From Clostridiales bacterium (lineage in GTDB: Bacteria > Bacillota > Clostridia > Lachnospirales > JAQSXR01), in contig JAQSXR010000004.1 in assembly GCA_029256575.1 (NCBI GenBank), positions 2,514 through 66,513 on the forward strand: a stretch of DNA of 64,000 nt, read 5' to 3'. The position numbers and the translations under genes are program-made. This document shows, one piece after another, positions 1 to 10,026 of the stretch. The notes under the pieces were generated by a model. The model searched no databases. It was given only the letters and a program-made list of their open reading frames with translations, and was not told the origin of the DNA. Numbering within the stretch: position 1 is the stretch's first letter; each line of letters begins with the position of its first letter.

Positions 1-430
1 CCCTTAGCCCAGTCTGGCGTATGAAAATTTGGTGCAATTCTAAAATCAAAATATGGATCGCGGGTTCTAGTAACCCCTTTTTTGCTATAGAAACTCTTGA
101 TTTTTCCTAGACATAGTTCAAACCAATATCCTAATATATTCTCTGTAGGTGGAATAACCCCTTCATAATAGTCAAAAAGTTCATCACTTTCAACTTTTAT
201 CATTAATTGCTTTTCTTCCTTATATCTTAAATATACCTTTTCAACATTATCTTTCTCAGTTCTTAATTTTATTGAAGTACTCTCCATTGAGGTAGGCTCT
301 ACTGGATTTCTGAAATTCCTAGTTTCATCACTAAAAATAGCTCTCTCATTAAGAATTGGTTGTCTCATTCTTGCATAAAATAGTAACTTTTCCGTATTTG
401 TGAAATCTGCAAATGGTATGTGAAGATTCA
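1..430 (-). CDS. Glycoside hydrolase family 13 alpha-glycosidase (neopullulanase/cyclomaltodextrinase type), N-terminal part; gene runs off the left edge
   Basis: My minus-strand translation from ATG at 430-428: MNLHIPFADF...LGYWFELCLGK...DPYFDFRIAPNFHTPDWAK. This resembles the N-terminal Ig-like domain and the PxWxK entry into the GH13 catalytic barrel. Not in the ORF track because it is truncated. No well-spaced RBS, so the start is uncertain. Confidence 0.5.
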
Positions 431-570
431 TAATAACTGTCGGCTGAATAAAATGCCAACTACCTCCTTCTCAGTAAATATATGTGTATATTCTATAATA
501 GTTCTACTCAAAATACAACTTAAACTTATAGTGTTAACTGATTAACCACTTTCTCCTCTTTAAAACATGT

Positions 571-603
571 AAAAAGGACAGCTTCCGATCGCTGTCCTTT
601 TTG
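571..603. terminator. Bidirectional stem-loop terminator
   Basis: AAAAAGGACAGC-ttccgatc-GCTGTCCTTTTT: a perfect GC-containing stem flanked by an A-run and a T-run. Confidence 0.7.
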
Positions 604-654
604 GAGAAGGTATTTGTTTCTTTGGGGTGTAGCAAAACTTTTATATAATGTATT

Positions 655-663
655 GGGGGGGGG
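655..663. repeat. G9 homopolymer tract
   Basis: tattGGGGGGGGGttac. A nine-G run is conspicuous in this AT-rich sequence. Confidence 0.9.
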
Positions 664-884
664 TTACAAGTATTATTATAGCATCGTATGGAAAATAAGT
701 GTGCATAATCTTTATCTTATTTAGAATTATTTTTTGTGCAGCTTTTTCTTGCCCAAAATCACTACAATGACACATTTCGTGATTTTTAACTAAAAAACAA
801 GATTTTTCTCGATATTTTTGACATGCTATTTTTCCCTTGTTCTTCCTGGTTTTACAAATATTATTCTTAGCTCTTCTAATAAGT

Positions 885-921
885 AATAACCTCACACCTA
901 TTATCTAGGCGAGAGGTTATT
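885..921 (-). terminator. Stem-loop just downstream of ftsH
   Basis: AATAACCTC...GAGGTTATT inverted repeat, 7 nt after the ftsH stop codon. Confidence 0.55.
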
Positions 922-927
922 CGTACT

Positions 928-2841
928 TTATTCTATATCTGTTTTCTCTTCGTTTTTAACTTCATGAACTGTTATTTCTTCCGGTTCAACAGCTACTCCT
1001 GGTAATTCAGTATCATTTACCGGTGTAACCACACCAAAAATTGCTTCAAATTCACTTCTATTAATTTTTTCTTTTTCAATTAATAATTTAGCACATGCAT
1101 GTAATTCTTCCATGTGTTCTTTTATTAATCTCTCTGCTTCTGTATATGCCATATCAATCAACTTTTTAACTTCATTATCAATTTTCTCTGCAGTACTCTC
1201 ACCATATTTTCTTGAATGGCCCCAGTCTCTACCTACAAATACTTCTTCATCATCACTAAATAAGATAGGCCCCAAAGTATCTGACATACCAAATGTTGTA
1301 ACCATTTGGCGAGCTGTTTCAGAAGCTTGTTTTATGTCATTAGAAGCACCTGTTGATATATCACCACAAATCAGTTTCTCAGCAACTCTACCACCAAATG
1401 CAACGATAAGATCTTGTTCCATTTCGCTTTTTGTTCTATACATTTCATCACTTTTTGGTAAAGGCATTGTATATCCGCCAGCACGTCCTGTTGGTATTAT
1501 AGAAACACTATACACTGGTCCCATATCAGGTAAAACTTGAAATAATATAGCATGACCAGCTTCATGATATGCTGTTAATCTCTTATCTTTTTCTGATACA
1601 ACTTTACTTGTTTTCTCAGTACCAATACCTACTTTAACCCAAGCCTTTTTAATATGCTCTTGTGTAATATATTTTTTGTTTTCTCTTGCGGCTATTAAAG
1701 CTGATTCATTCATTAAATTTTCGAGGTCAGCTCCTGTAAATCCAGAAGTTGTTCTAGCAACATCTTTCAAATCTACATCGTCTCCCAAAGGTTTTCCCTT
1801 TGAATGAACTTTCAAGATTTCTACTCTGCCCTTCATATCTGGTCTTCCGATATGAACTTTTCTATCAAAACGTCCTGGTCTTAAAATAGCAGGATCTAGA
1901 ATGTCTACACGGTTAGTTGCAGCCATTACAATAATTCCTTCATTCGCACCAAAACCATCCATTTCAACTAATAATTGATTTAATGTTTGTTCTCTTTCAT
2001 CATGTCCGCCTCCAAGGCCTGCCCCTCTTCTTCTACCTACCGCATCAATTTCATCGATAAATACAATACAAGGTGAGTCTTTCTTGGCTTGTTCAAATAA
2101 ATCTCTTACTCTAGATGCACCAACACCAACAAACATCTCAACAAAATCCGAACCTGAAATACTATAAAACGCAACTCCAGCTTCCCCTGCAACTGCTCTC
2201 GCAAGTAATGTTTTACCTGTTCCTGGAGGGCCATCAAGCAATACGCCTTTTGGTATTCTAGCACCTAAGTCAGTGTACTTTCTTGGAGATTTTAAGAAGT
2301 CTACAAATTCTTGTAGTTCTTGTTTTTCTTCATCAAGTCCTGCAACATCTTTGAATGACATTTTTTTCTTATCATCTGTCATCTTCTTTGCTCTACTTTT
2401 TGTGAAGCTCATTGCTTTGTTTGCTCCACCACCTTGAGCTTGATTAATCAAAAATATAAATAATAAAATAGAAACACCAAATATTAAAATGTATGGTAAT
2501 ATACTAAGCCAAGGGCTTCCTTCTGTAGGAATGTCTGAAATATTATATTGTACACCAGCTTCTTTTATCATCTCTTCAGCCATCGCAATATCAGGTACAT
2601 ATATTTGTTTAACCGAATTATCCGTTAAAGTAACAGTCGCTATTCCTGTAGGTATTTCTTTATTTTGATCCAAAACTACACTTTGTACTTCCCCATTTTC
2701 TAAGTCAGATATAAAATCACTATTTTTATATTTTTGAGAATCTGGTTTTTGTGTATTGTTTGATAAAACCATTGCTCCGACTGCAACAATAAGTGCTAAC
2801 AGTAGGTAAAATGCAATGCCTCTAAATTGCTTTTTCTTCAT
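928..2841 (-). CDS. ftsH: ATP-dependent zinc metalloprotease FtsH
   Basis: N-terminal TM segments, Walker A GPPGTGKT, Walker B IVFIDEID, zinc motif HEAGH. AGGAGG lies 6 nt before the ATG at 2841; the track ORF starts at an upstream GTG at 2856. Confidence 0.97.
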   Translation of the reverse strand: MKKKQFRGIAFYLLLALIVAVGAMVLSNNTQKPDSQKYKNSDFISDLENGEVQSVVLDQNKEIPTGIATVTLTDNSVKQIYVPDIAMAEEMIKEAGVQYNISDIPTEGSPWLSILPYILIFGVSILLFIFLINQAQGGGANKAMSFTKSRAKKMTDDKKKMSFKDVAGLDEEKQELQEFVDFLKSPRKYTDLGARIPKGVLLDGPPGTGKTLLARAVAGEAGVAFYSISGSDFVEMFVGVGASRVRDLFEQAKKDSPCIVFIDEIDAVGRRRGAGLGGGHDEREQTLNQLLVEMDGFGANEGIIVMAATNRVDILDPAILRPGRFDRKVHIGRPDMKGRVEILKVHSKGKPLGDDVDLKDVARTTSGFTGADLENLMNESALIAARENKKYITQEHIKKAWVKVGIGTEKTSKVVSEKDKRLTAYHEAGHAILFQVLPDMGPVYSVSIIPTGRAGGYTMPLPKSDEMYRTKSEMEQDLIVAFGGRVAEKLICGDISTGASNDIKQASETARQMVTTFGMSDTLGPILFSDDEEVFVGRDWGHSRKYGESTAEKIDNEVKKLIDMAYTEAERLIKEHMEELHACAKLLIEKEKINRSEFEAIFGVVTPVNDTELPGVAVEPEEITVHEVKNEEKTDIE

Positions 2842-2876
2842 CTTCTTCCTCCTCACGCTTTAGCGAGTTATTAATA

Positions 2877-3404
2877 TTAATCTACAAATTCAACTACCCC
2901 GATATAAGGTAAATTTCTATATCTTTGGTCATAGTCTAAGCCAAACCCAACAACAAATTCATCTGGTATTGTAAAAGCTACATAATCAACGATTACATCA
3001 TTTACAACTCTTCTGTGTGGCTTATCAAGCAATGTACAAAGTTTAATTTCTTGAGGAGCTTTATTCTCAAGAGTTTTTACAAGGAAACTCAAAGTTCTTC
3101 CAGTATCTATAATATCTTCCACTATTAAAACATTCTTTCCTTCAATTGGATCGTCTAAATCTTTAATAAATTTGACGCTTCCACTACTACTTGTGTCACC
3201 CCAATAACTAGCGACTGCCATAAAATCCATAGTTACTGTTACTTTTAATCTCTTTGCTAATTCACTCATAAACATAACTCCACCTTTAAGAATACAAATC
3301 AAGTGAAGTTCTTTTCCTTCATAATCTTTGTTGATTTGATCTGCAAGCTCATCAAGCTTTCTACAAATCTCTTCTTCACTAATCAACGTTTTTACTCTTT
3401 CCAT
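2877..3404 (-). CDS. hpt: Hypoxanthine-guanine phosphoribosyltransferase
   Basis: 175 aa with PRPP-binding loop VLIVEDIIDTGRT. The tilS-hpt-ftsH order matches B. subtilis. Confidence 0.95.
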   Translation of the reverse strand: MERVKTLISEEEICRKLDELADQINKDYEGKELHLICILKGGVMFMSELAKRLKVTVTMDFMAVASYWGDTSSSGSVKFIKDLDDPIEGKNVLIVEDIIDTGRTLSFLVKTLENKAPQEIKLCTLLDKPHRRVVNDVIVDYVAFTIPDEFVVGFGLDYDQRYRNLPYIGVVEFVD

Positions 3405-4817
3405 CTAACTTTCCTCCTGCACATCCAGTGTATATCTGCCATTAATCTCAACAACAAGTATTCTCTTTGTGGCACTAGTTACCTTATATTTTTCACTAAT
3501 TCTATAACCTGCAATCCAAATTATTTCATTGCCTTCTGCTAACAAAAGTATTTTATCCCTTTTTTCACTAGGAATTTTATTATCAATAAAGAAATCACTT
3601 AATTTCTTTTTGCCGTTTATTCCAGCTAAACGAATAAAATCGCCAGGCTTTCTTGTTCTAAATCGCAATTTATCCTTAATTGTATCATAATCAAACCATT
3701 TCGTATACGATTTTTTTGGGATGTTCACATTTAATTCACAATTAATTAATGTCATTTCCACCTGTGCAACATTATCATCAATCGTTATCTTACTACCTGG
3801 TTCAATATCATAACATATTTGATTAATACTATCTATGTTTCTTTCTTTTTTCTTTAAAACTATCGCATCATACGTTCTTATTGCAACAATGTTATGCGGC
3901 AAGCATATTTTCTTACCTACTTGTTTATTTTCCAATTCGCATATATCATCTATATGCACCAAATCAATATCTTTCAACTTAGTGATTAACTTCTTTACCG
4001 CTAATCTAATAATACGTCGTTTTATTGCAATTTTCTCTACCATAAAATTATTTACTAATATATTTATTTCATTCTTTTTTATTTCACATATTCTATCAAA
4101 AGCTAAATCTGTCATATATGAAATATATTCTTCCTCTTCATTCAAGATCCTAGCAGTATTATTTATGTGCATTATTACCTTTTCATTTATTTCATTTTTA
4201 ATATATGGGAATACGTTTAGTCTTATTTTATTTCTTGTATATACATCTTCCAAATTAGTTCGATCTGTTTTATATTCCGTTTGTTTACTCATGCAATATA
4301 TTTCAATTTCTTCTCTCGTCAAACATAATAATGGCCTTATTATATTATCTCTTATTGCCTGCATTCCAGTAAGCCCAGTTAATCCTGTTCCTCGAAATAA
4401 ATTAAGCAAAACTGTTTCTGCTTGGTCATTCGCATTATGTGCGACTGCTATTTTATTCGAATTTGTTTTATTTAGTTCTTCCTCAAAACTTCTATACCTT
4501 AATATTCTTCCTGCTTCCTCAGAAGACAGCTTGTTTTCCCTAGCGTACTCATTTATATCATATTGATAAATTGAAATACTAATATTGTTTTTTTCACATA
4601 ATTCAATTACGTAATTTTCATCATCTTTGGCTTCTAATCCTCTTACTCCATGATTAATGTGTACACAATGAATCGTAATCATCAATTTTTCTCTTAATTC
4701 AATAAGCATCAAGAGTAGACATACAGAGTCAGCGCCACCTGATATTCCTACGATAACGCTGTCTCCTTTTGAAATCATATTATTTTTAATAATATAGTTG
4801 TAAACCTTATCCAGCAT
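3405..4817 (-). CDS. tilS: tRNA(Ile)-lysidine synthetase
   Basis: 470 aa with PP-loop VGISGGADS. Abuts the hpt start codon. Confidence 0.93.
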   Translation of the reverse strand: MLDKVYNYIIKNNMISKGDSVIVGISGGADSVCLLLMLIELREKLMITIHCVHINHGVRGLEAKDDENYVIELCEKNNISISIYQYDINEYARENKLSSEEAGRILRYRSFEEELNKTNSNKIAVAHNANDQAETVLLNLFRGTGLTGLTGMQAIRDNIIRPLLCLTREEIEIYCMSKQTEYKTDRTNLEDVYTRNKIRLNVFPYIKNEINEKVIMHINNTARILNEEEEYISYMTDLAFDRICEIKKNEINILVNNFMVEKIAIKRRIIRLAVKKLITKLKDIDLVHIDDICELENKQVGKKICLPHNIVAIRTYDAIVLKKKERNIDSINQICYDIEPGSKITIDDNVAQVEMTLINCELNVNIPKKSYTKWFDYDTIKDKLRFRTRKPGDFIRLAGINGKKKLSDFFIDNKIPSEKRDKILLLAEGNEIIWIAGYRISEKYKVTSATKRILVVEINGRYTLDVQEES

Positions 4818-4871
4818 TCATATTCCCCCTATAAAAGGAATATTACTAAATATACACAAATAAATCAAGTC

Positions 4872-7238
4872 CTAGTTCTTACAAATCCGAACAACTAAAA
4901 CTGTCATATCATCCTGTAAATCATTACCTGACTTTTGTTTAGCGATTGAAAGTATTGCATCTGCAATTCCTTGCGGACTTTTTTGCATGTTATCCTCTAA
5001 GATATTCTTTATAAAATGTTCTTTATTAAAATTTTTCTCAGCATCAAGAACTCCATCTGTAACCATAATTACAAGATCGTTCTCATCCAAGTCAACTGAT
5101 ACCTCGTCTAATTCTATATCATTCATGACACCAATAGGTAAATTTGTTGACCTTACTACTTCAACTGTTTTTCCTTTTTTTATAAAAGTAGAAGATGCTC
5201 CAACTTTTATAATTTCACATGTTCCGGAATATAAATCAATAATACTTAAATCAAGTGTAGAAAATGACTGTTCTGTTGATTTTAATACAAGAACTGAATT
5301 TATCATTTTAATTGCTGTTTCTCTATCGAAGCCTGTTTCTAAAAATTGTTCCAAAAGTTCTATTGCCGCTTCACTTTCTTTGCATGCTTTTGCACCCGAT
5401 CCCATACCGTCCGACAAAGCCATTACAGTTTGTCCACTATCAAGTTCTAAGAATGAATAATTATCCCCCGAACAGTTATTCCCTTCCTTACTTTCTCTGG
5501 CCATTCCGTAAACTGTTCTAAATTGTTTGATTTCTGAATATCTCAACGTTACAGTATCCGGACTTGTAATATTAGTAATCTCTTGATCCAATTGTATATG
5601 TTTATCCAAAACTATGGTAAGTATATCTAAAATTTCATCACTATACTGTTTATTCACTTTATTGATATTTAATGTTATATATATCTCTTTTCTTTTACTG
5701 TATCTTTCAATAATTAATACTTCATCAAAATTGATTTGCCTTCTTTTTAATTCTTTTTCTATACGTTTTTCAAGAAAGCGATTACCTTCTAAGTCTGAAC
5801 TTAACTGATTTGCGAACTTATCTATAACTTTCGCTACTGCTTGTAATTGTTCTGCAATTAATTCTCTTCCTTCTGCCATTTTATTATTCCATACTAGGTT
5901 GTTTTTAAATAGATCAAAATAAGAGTTAGTCGCAACAATAAATTCATCAAGTTTTACACATTTATTCTTAAAATCATTTGGTATATCCATTTGCCTTACC
6001 CTCCCATTTTTTTCAGCCGACCCTAATATTGAATATGCAGCTTTATACGTTTCATAGAATTCGTTTTTCCAACATGCATTGCACAAACTACAGTCTCCAC
6101 AGACAGTATTGGCAAGCTCATCAAAAATTTGACCAACTTCAGTTTTACTTAAACTTGTTCTCCGTTCTGCTAAAGAATTAAATGTGATACCTAATCTATC
6201 AAAGCAACCTGCGAAACCTTTTAATTTTTCTCTTGTTATTTCTTCTAATTTATCGTTGTGTAAGCTTCCACTTGATGTAATCTCATTATTAACTTTTCTG
6301 GATATCCTGGAAATAAAACTTTTCGGCATGGTAATAAAAATTACCTCCGCTGTTAGCAATGACCTCAACATGGAATAATCAATCTCAAGTTTTAAGCTAT
6401 AGCTAGAAACTATTATAGTTGTCATCAAATAACCTATACCACACGGAATCTTTCCTATTTCTGAAAATATACTAGCTGCAACAGCAGATATCGCCATTAT
6501 AATTACAGTATCTGTACTTAACAATCCCAAACTTGATAATACAAAACCAGTAATAATTCCTGTAGCAGCTCCTAATCCAATTCCATATCTATAGCAAAAT
6601 ACTAAAGTCATCAAATATGCTACCACTTCATATATCGGATAATCAAACACTACCATATCTGATATTCCAATTATGAGAGATACCCCAAGTAAAACTATAC
6701 TTATGACAACTTCATTGCTTAATATACGATCTTTTTCTTCACTAACAAAATATTCAGTGCCCTTCGTAAATACTAGTCCTAATGCTATAACCGTTAATCC
6801 CTCTACAACAGCAAGTTGATATAACACAATCGTATTCATCTGTACTGCAGCACTTGCTATTCCCAACATCAGTACACATGTACCGGCAATCGCACATATA
6901 ATTCCTTGACTTGCTGTTTTCTTTTTCCCTTCATAGACACCTACAATACATATTATCATCAAAATAATTAGTATATATTTAGTCGCATCTAATAACGGCA
7001 TTTTTGTCGCTACTCCCACAACGGATGCTAGTATCGCAATAATTCTTGTAGACTTGTTTCTATAAACGGCTGCGAAATACGCTATTCCTATTGGATTAAA
7101 ACTGCCAATAGTTGCTCTCCCCAAGAAGCAAGCAACAATGCAAATTAGAATTTTCTTTATTAGCACCCCGTCCCATATTTTTAACGTCTGTTTTGTAGTA
7201 CTTTTTGCATTACTATTAATTTTCTCTAACTGTTCCAT
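4872..7238 (-). CDS. spoIIE: Stage II sporulation protein E (PP2C phosphatase with polytopic membrane domain)
   Basis: N-terminal half is multi-pass TM. C-terminal PP2C motifs LSDGMGSG and MVTDGV. GGGAGGAG RBS precedes the ATG at 7238; the track ORF starts at TTG 7256. Syntenic position. Confidence 0.9.
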   Translation of the reverse strand: MEQLEKINSNAKSTTKQTLKIWDGVLIKKILICIVACFLGRATIGSFNPIGIAYFAAVYRNKSTRIIAILASVVGVATKMPLLDATKYILIILMIICIVGVYEGKKKTASQGIICAIAGTCVLMLGIASAAVQMNTIVLYQLAVVEGLTVIALGLVFTKGTEYFVSEEKDRILSNEVVISIVLLGVSLIIGISDMVVFDYPIYEVVAYLMTLVFCYRYGIGLGAATGIITGFVLSSLGLLSTDTVIIMAISAVAASIFSEIGKIPCGIGYLMTTIIVSSYSLKLEIDYSMLRSLLTAEVIFITMPKSFISRISRKVNNEITSSGSLHNDKLEEITREKLKGFAGCFDRLGITFNSLAERRTSLSKTEVGQIFDELANTVCGDCSLCNACWKNEFYETYKAAYSILGSAEKNGRVRQMDIPNDFKNKCVKLDEFIVATNSYFDLFKNNLVWNNKMAEGRELIAEQLQAVAKVIDKFANQLSSDLEGNRFLEKRIEKELKRRQINFDEVLIIERYSKRKEIYITLNINKVNKQYSDEILDILTIVLDKHIQLDQEITNITSPDTVTLRYSEIKQFRTVYGMARESKEGNNCSGDNYSFLELDSGQTVMALSDGMGSGAKACKESEAAIELLEQFLETGFDRETAIKMINSVLVLKSTEQSFSTLDLSIIDLYSGTCEIIKVGASSTFIKKGKTVEVVRSTNLPIGVMNDIELDEVSVDLDENDLVIMVTDGVLDAEKNFNKEHFIKNILEDNMQKSPQGIADAILSIAKQKSGNDLQDDMTVLVVRICKN

Positions 7239-7391
7239 TACATACTCTCCTCCCAAAATCTATCTACAAGCAGTGATTATAGGTCACTCCCGGAGAAATG
7301 TTTGTCATAATGTGTAAGGATTTTTAAAAACTTCTAGACAAAAATAACTTCGAAACGCACGATAACTTAATCTCATATTAAATACATGCAT

Positions 7392-7420
7392 AAAAAAAAC
7401 ACACTGGAATTCCAGTGTGT
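7392..7420 (-). terminator. Rho-independent terminator after tRNA-Met
   Basis: ACACACTGG-aatt-CCAGTGTGT followed by T8 on the minus strand. Confidence 0.8.
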
Positions 7421-7429
7421 TTCGTTAAG

Positions 7430-7503
7430 TAGCGGAGAACGGATTTGAACCGCCGACCTGCCGGGTATGAACCGGACGCTCTAGCCAGCTGAGCTACTCC
7501 GCC
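7430..7503 (-). tRNA. tRNA-Met (anticodon CAT), elongator-like
   Basis: Minus strand GGCGGAG-TA-GCTC-AGCTGGCTA-GAGC...TTCATAC loop...GGCGG-TTCAAAT-CCGTT-CTCCGCT-A folds as a cloverleaf. No CCA is encoded. Same position (divIC/tRNA-Met/spoIIE) as in B. subtilis. I cannot exclude a tRNA-Ile2 (lysidine) identity. Confidence 0.85.
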
Positions 7504-7557
7504 AAGAGCTTACGATTCGTAATTATACACGACAGACAATGTTTTGTCAACCTACTT

Positions 7558-7872
7558 TTAATGTTTTTCTTTAATAATCGTCTCATTTGGATATAATAAT
7601 CCTAATTTTTCTCTTGCTTGCTCTTCTATATATTCTCTTGTGTTTATGAAGTCAATCTCATCTTGTAAACTTAATTTTTCATTCTCTTGCTCAGCTATAC
7701 TTGCATCTATCATTTTTTCCCTATCTTCTAATGTCCGAGTTTGTGCTGTAAGCTTGGAAGTTTGCACTGTCATAACAATAATTAATGCTATTAAAACGCT
7801 ATACATTAATATTATATTAATCTTTCTTATCTTGCGATTTCTTCTAACCAAGCATATCTCCCCTTTACTCAT
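7558..7872 (-). CDS. divIC: Septum formation initiator, FtsB/DivIC family
   Basis: 104 aa with one N-terminal TM helix followed by a coiled-coil-like segment. Lies downstream of yabQ. Confidence 0.7.
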   Translation of the reverse strand: MSKGEICLVRRNRKIRKINIILMYSVLIALIIVMTVQTSKLTAQTRTLEDREKMIDASIAEQENEKLSLQDEIDFINTREYIEEQAREKLGLLYPNETIIKEKH

Positions 7873-7896
7873 ATGTATAAACTTCGATTAAATTTC

Positions 7897-8523
7897 TTAA
7901 TCTTTAGGATTTTTAGTCTTTTTTCTTAAGTCTTTTTTGTTCACACTTTTTTGTTCAAGTCTTTTTTGCTCAATCTTTATTACTTCAAGCCTTTTTTGTT
8001 CAATCTTTTTTTCTTTCATTAATTTTTTTTCATACTTTATTAATTGCTTCTTTAACTTATATCTACCCTTACTTATTTTAACCTGTTTTATAGGTTTTTT
8101 CAATTGTTTTACTACATATTTTCTCGGTTTGCGGGTAAATTTTTTTAGGAAGTTATAAATAAACCTTATTGGAGCAGTTAATAGCTTTATAAGCGCCAAT
8201 ATAAAGTTCTTAATTTTATTTATAGTCCAAACTGTCGCCTTCACATATGCCTTACTAATACTTATGTAATATATACACAAACCTACCATTACTCCTAGAA
8301 TAGAAAAACCCCTTATTACCCCATCATCTTTACTATAAAGCACATAAAAAAGAAATATACTGCAGCATATCCAATATATCAAATCTTCTATAGCAATAAC
8401 AAAATTGTTATGTGGAACAATTCTTCTAAATATTCTAATACTGTCATAGATAACTCCCATTCCTATACCACATAAAATAGTAGCTCCAAAAATGCTTGCT
8501 TGTATTGGGATAAAATCGCTCAT
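7897..8523 (-). CDS. yabQ: Spore cortex biosynthesis protein YabQ-like membrane protein
   Basis: 208 aa with about 4 TM helices and a Lys-rich tail containing a duplicated IEQKRLE. Follows yabP. Confidence 0.65.
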   Translation of the reverse strand: MSDFIPIQASIFGATILCGIGMGVIYDSIRIFRRIVPHNNFVIAIEDLIYWICCSIFLFYVLYSKDDGVIRGFSILGVMVGLCIYYISISKAYVKATVWTINKIKNFILALIKLLTAPIRFIYNFLKKFTRKPRKYVVKQLKKPIKQVKISKGRYKLKKQLIKYEKKLMKEKKIEQKRLEVIKIEQKRLEQKSVNKKDLRKKTKNPKD

Positions 8524-8532
8524 ATTATCACC

Positions 8533-8820
8533 CTACTTAAACAATCTGCCAAAAACAGATCCGGAGTTTTTTGAATTAGGCCCTGTTGCACTATAGCTAA
8601 AATTATTAATGTCACCTTCAATGTCAACTTCGCCTTTTTCTACTGTTACTCTATTCACGTGTAAATCTGAACCTTTTATTGTCAGAATCCCCTGTTCTGT
8701 ATCAAGAATTATCTCTTCTGCATCAAAAGCCAAAACATCATCTACACCTGTAATTTGACATATTTTACGATTATTCAAGGTAACTCTATGACCTTTAAGT
8801 GGTTGTTGTTTTTCATCCAT
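8533..8820 (-). CDS. yabP: Sporulation protein YabP
   Basis: 95 aa. HRVTLNNRK...ITGV...FD...IILDTEQGILTIKG..L is typical of the YabP/YqfC family. Confidence 0.85.
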   Translation of the reverse strand: MDEKQQPLKGHRVTLNNRKICQITGVDDVLAFDAEEIILDTEQGILTIKGSDLHVNRVTVEKGEVDIEGDINNFSYSATGPNSKNSGSVFGRLFK

Positions 8821-8926
8821 AAAAAAGCCCCCCGATATACTATTCTTACATTAAGTATATTAATGTAGAATATCTATTATTCCTATCAAAAGGGCATATA
8901 TGGAAATCAAACAACAACCACTTAAA
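8794..8926. repeat. Inverted repeat: 18-bp perfect arms (8794-8811 and 8909-8926) copying the yabP 5' coding end
   Basis: TTTAAGTGGTTGTTGTTT / AAACAACAACCACTTAAA. The upstream copy even keeps an ATG (plus strand 8900: MEIKQQPLK versus YabP MDEKQQPLK). Confidence 0.9.
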
Positions 8927-8982
8927 AGTTCAAAAAGTCGCTATCAATTGAATTTCTATTTCATTACTTTAATAATCTTATA

Positions 8983-9222
8983 TTACAAATATTTATATAG
9001 CTCTTTTGACTCTTCTTTTTTAGTGGTATCTTGTATATTCAGAACTTCTACTTTAACAGATTTAGCTCCGAAAGCAATTTCAATTATATCTCCTACTTTA
9101 ACTTGTGTAGATGGTTTCGCAAGTTTCCCATTTAGAAAAACTCTTTCCCCACCACAGGCGTCATTTGCAACTGTTCTTCTTTTTATTAATCTTGATACTT
9201 TTAAATATTTATCTAATCTCAT
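8983..9222 (-). CDS. yabO: S4-domain RNA-binding protein (YabO/RqcP, Hsp15-like)
   Basis: 79 aa. MRLDKYLKVSRLIKRRT...G.V.LNGK.AKPS..VK.GD is an S4 fold signature. Syntenic position. Confidence 0.8.
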   Translation of the reverse strand: MRLDKYLKVSRLIKRRTVANDACGGERVFLNGKLAKPSTQVKVGDIIEIAFGAKSVKVEVLNIQDTTKKEESKELYKYL

Positions 9223-9253
9223 AATATTCTACACTCCTTTGCTATACAAAAAC

Positions 9254-9400
9254 AAGCGGCTGACTCTGTATTAGTGTAACAGGAAAGCTTGGGTCTCTTG
9301 CGAGCAAGACAACCTTCTCTATTTACATGTAAGCGGCTACGCCGCACTAGTGAAACAGGAAAGTTTGGGCTCTTGCGAGCAAAACAACCTTCTCTATTTA
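9254..9400. repeat. Tandem direct repeat, 2 copies of about 73 bp
   Basis: AAGCGGCT...TAGTG(T/A)AACAGGAAAG(C/T)TTGGG(T)CTCTTGCGAGCAA(G/A)ACAACCTTCTCTATTTA occurs twice, in the leader/promoter region of the yabO operon. Confidence 0.85.
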
Positions 9401-9401
9401 T

Positions 9402-9434
9402 AAAAAAAATCTACACCTTATCAGTGTAGATTTT
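9402..9434 (-). terminator. Rho-independent terminator of hup
   Basis: AAAATCTACAC...GTGTAGATTTT followed by T8 on the minus strand. Confidence 0.8.
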
Positions 9435-9453
9435 ATGCCTTACTAAATTCAAA

Positions 9454-9726
9454 TTAGTTTACAGCATCTTTAAGAGCTTTACCTGCTTTAAATTTTGGTG
9501 CTTTTGACGCATCAATTTTCATTGTTTCATTAGTTTGAGGATTTCTTCCTTCTCTTGCTGCACGTTCTGCAACGCTGAAAGTTCCGAATCCAACTAATTG
9601 AATTTTTTCACCTTTTGTAAGTTCTTCTGTCACTACGTCGATGAATGCTTTTAAAGCTTTTTCTGAGTCTTTTTTAGACAATTCTGTTTTTTCTGCCATA
9701 GCAGCTACTAATTCAGATTTGTTCAT
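9454..9726 (-). CDS. hup: DNA-binding protein HU
   Basis: 90 aa. MNKSELV...GFGTF...R.GRNPQT...KFKAGK. Confidence 0.95.
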   Translation of the reverse strand: MNKSELVAAMAEKTELSKKDSEKALKAFIDVVTEELTKGEKIQLVGFGTFSVAERAAREGRNPQTNETMKIDASKAPKFKAGKALKDAVN

Positions 9727-9987
9727 TTTTAACTCCTCCTCTTATATTATGTTTTTTTCCTAGCTCCCTAAAACTGACCCCAAAGCCTGTTATATTTTCC
9801 TAGGTATGTTCACTGATGCCAAGCTCTTGCCACAAATTAGCAACACCAGCACCTCTAAGTTTAGTTATAACTGTTTATACAGTATTTGTCAAGGAATATT
9901 AAGCATTTTATGTTGAAAAATCTTGTTAAAAGCCTAATCCGTGCCAAATTCGTAAACATTTACACATAAGCCAAAATTTTCGTCCAT

Positions 9988-10017
9988 AAAACAGGCGAAT
10001 CCTTACTGAATTCGCCT
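9988..10017 (-). terminator. Rho-independent terminator of spoVT
   Basis: AGGCGAAT-tcagtaagg-ATTCGCCT followed by GTTTT on the minus strand. Confidence 0.7.
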
Positions 10018-10026
10018 ATAAATAAC

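Noticed and set aside
1112-6378. Numerous plus-strand ORFs of 60-243 aa inside ftsH, tilS and spoIIE (for example 1112-1540, 3835-4566, 4987-5460)
   Set aside because: These are antisense shadow ORFs within strongly supported genes. They have low-complexity, Ile/Phe/Ser-rich translations typical of AT-rich antisense frames. The same reasoning applies to similar ORFs inside mfd, glgC/D, nrdD, nadE, adhE, the ABC genes, pdp, deoB/D/C, the DUF4097 gene and others.
7257-7391. Spo0A boxes upstream of spoIIE
   Set aside because: Only 2-mismatch approximations of TTTGTCGAAA are present (for example TTTGTCATAA, and TTTGTCTAGAA on the minus strand). In this AT-rich sequence that is not distinguishable from chance.
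8900-9274. 124-aa plus-strand ORF beginning MEIKQQPLK
   Set aside because: It runs antisense through the S4-domain gene yabO. Its N-terminal resemblance to YabP comes from the inverted duplication of the yabP start, which is reported as a finding.
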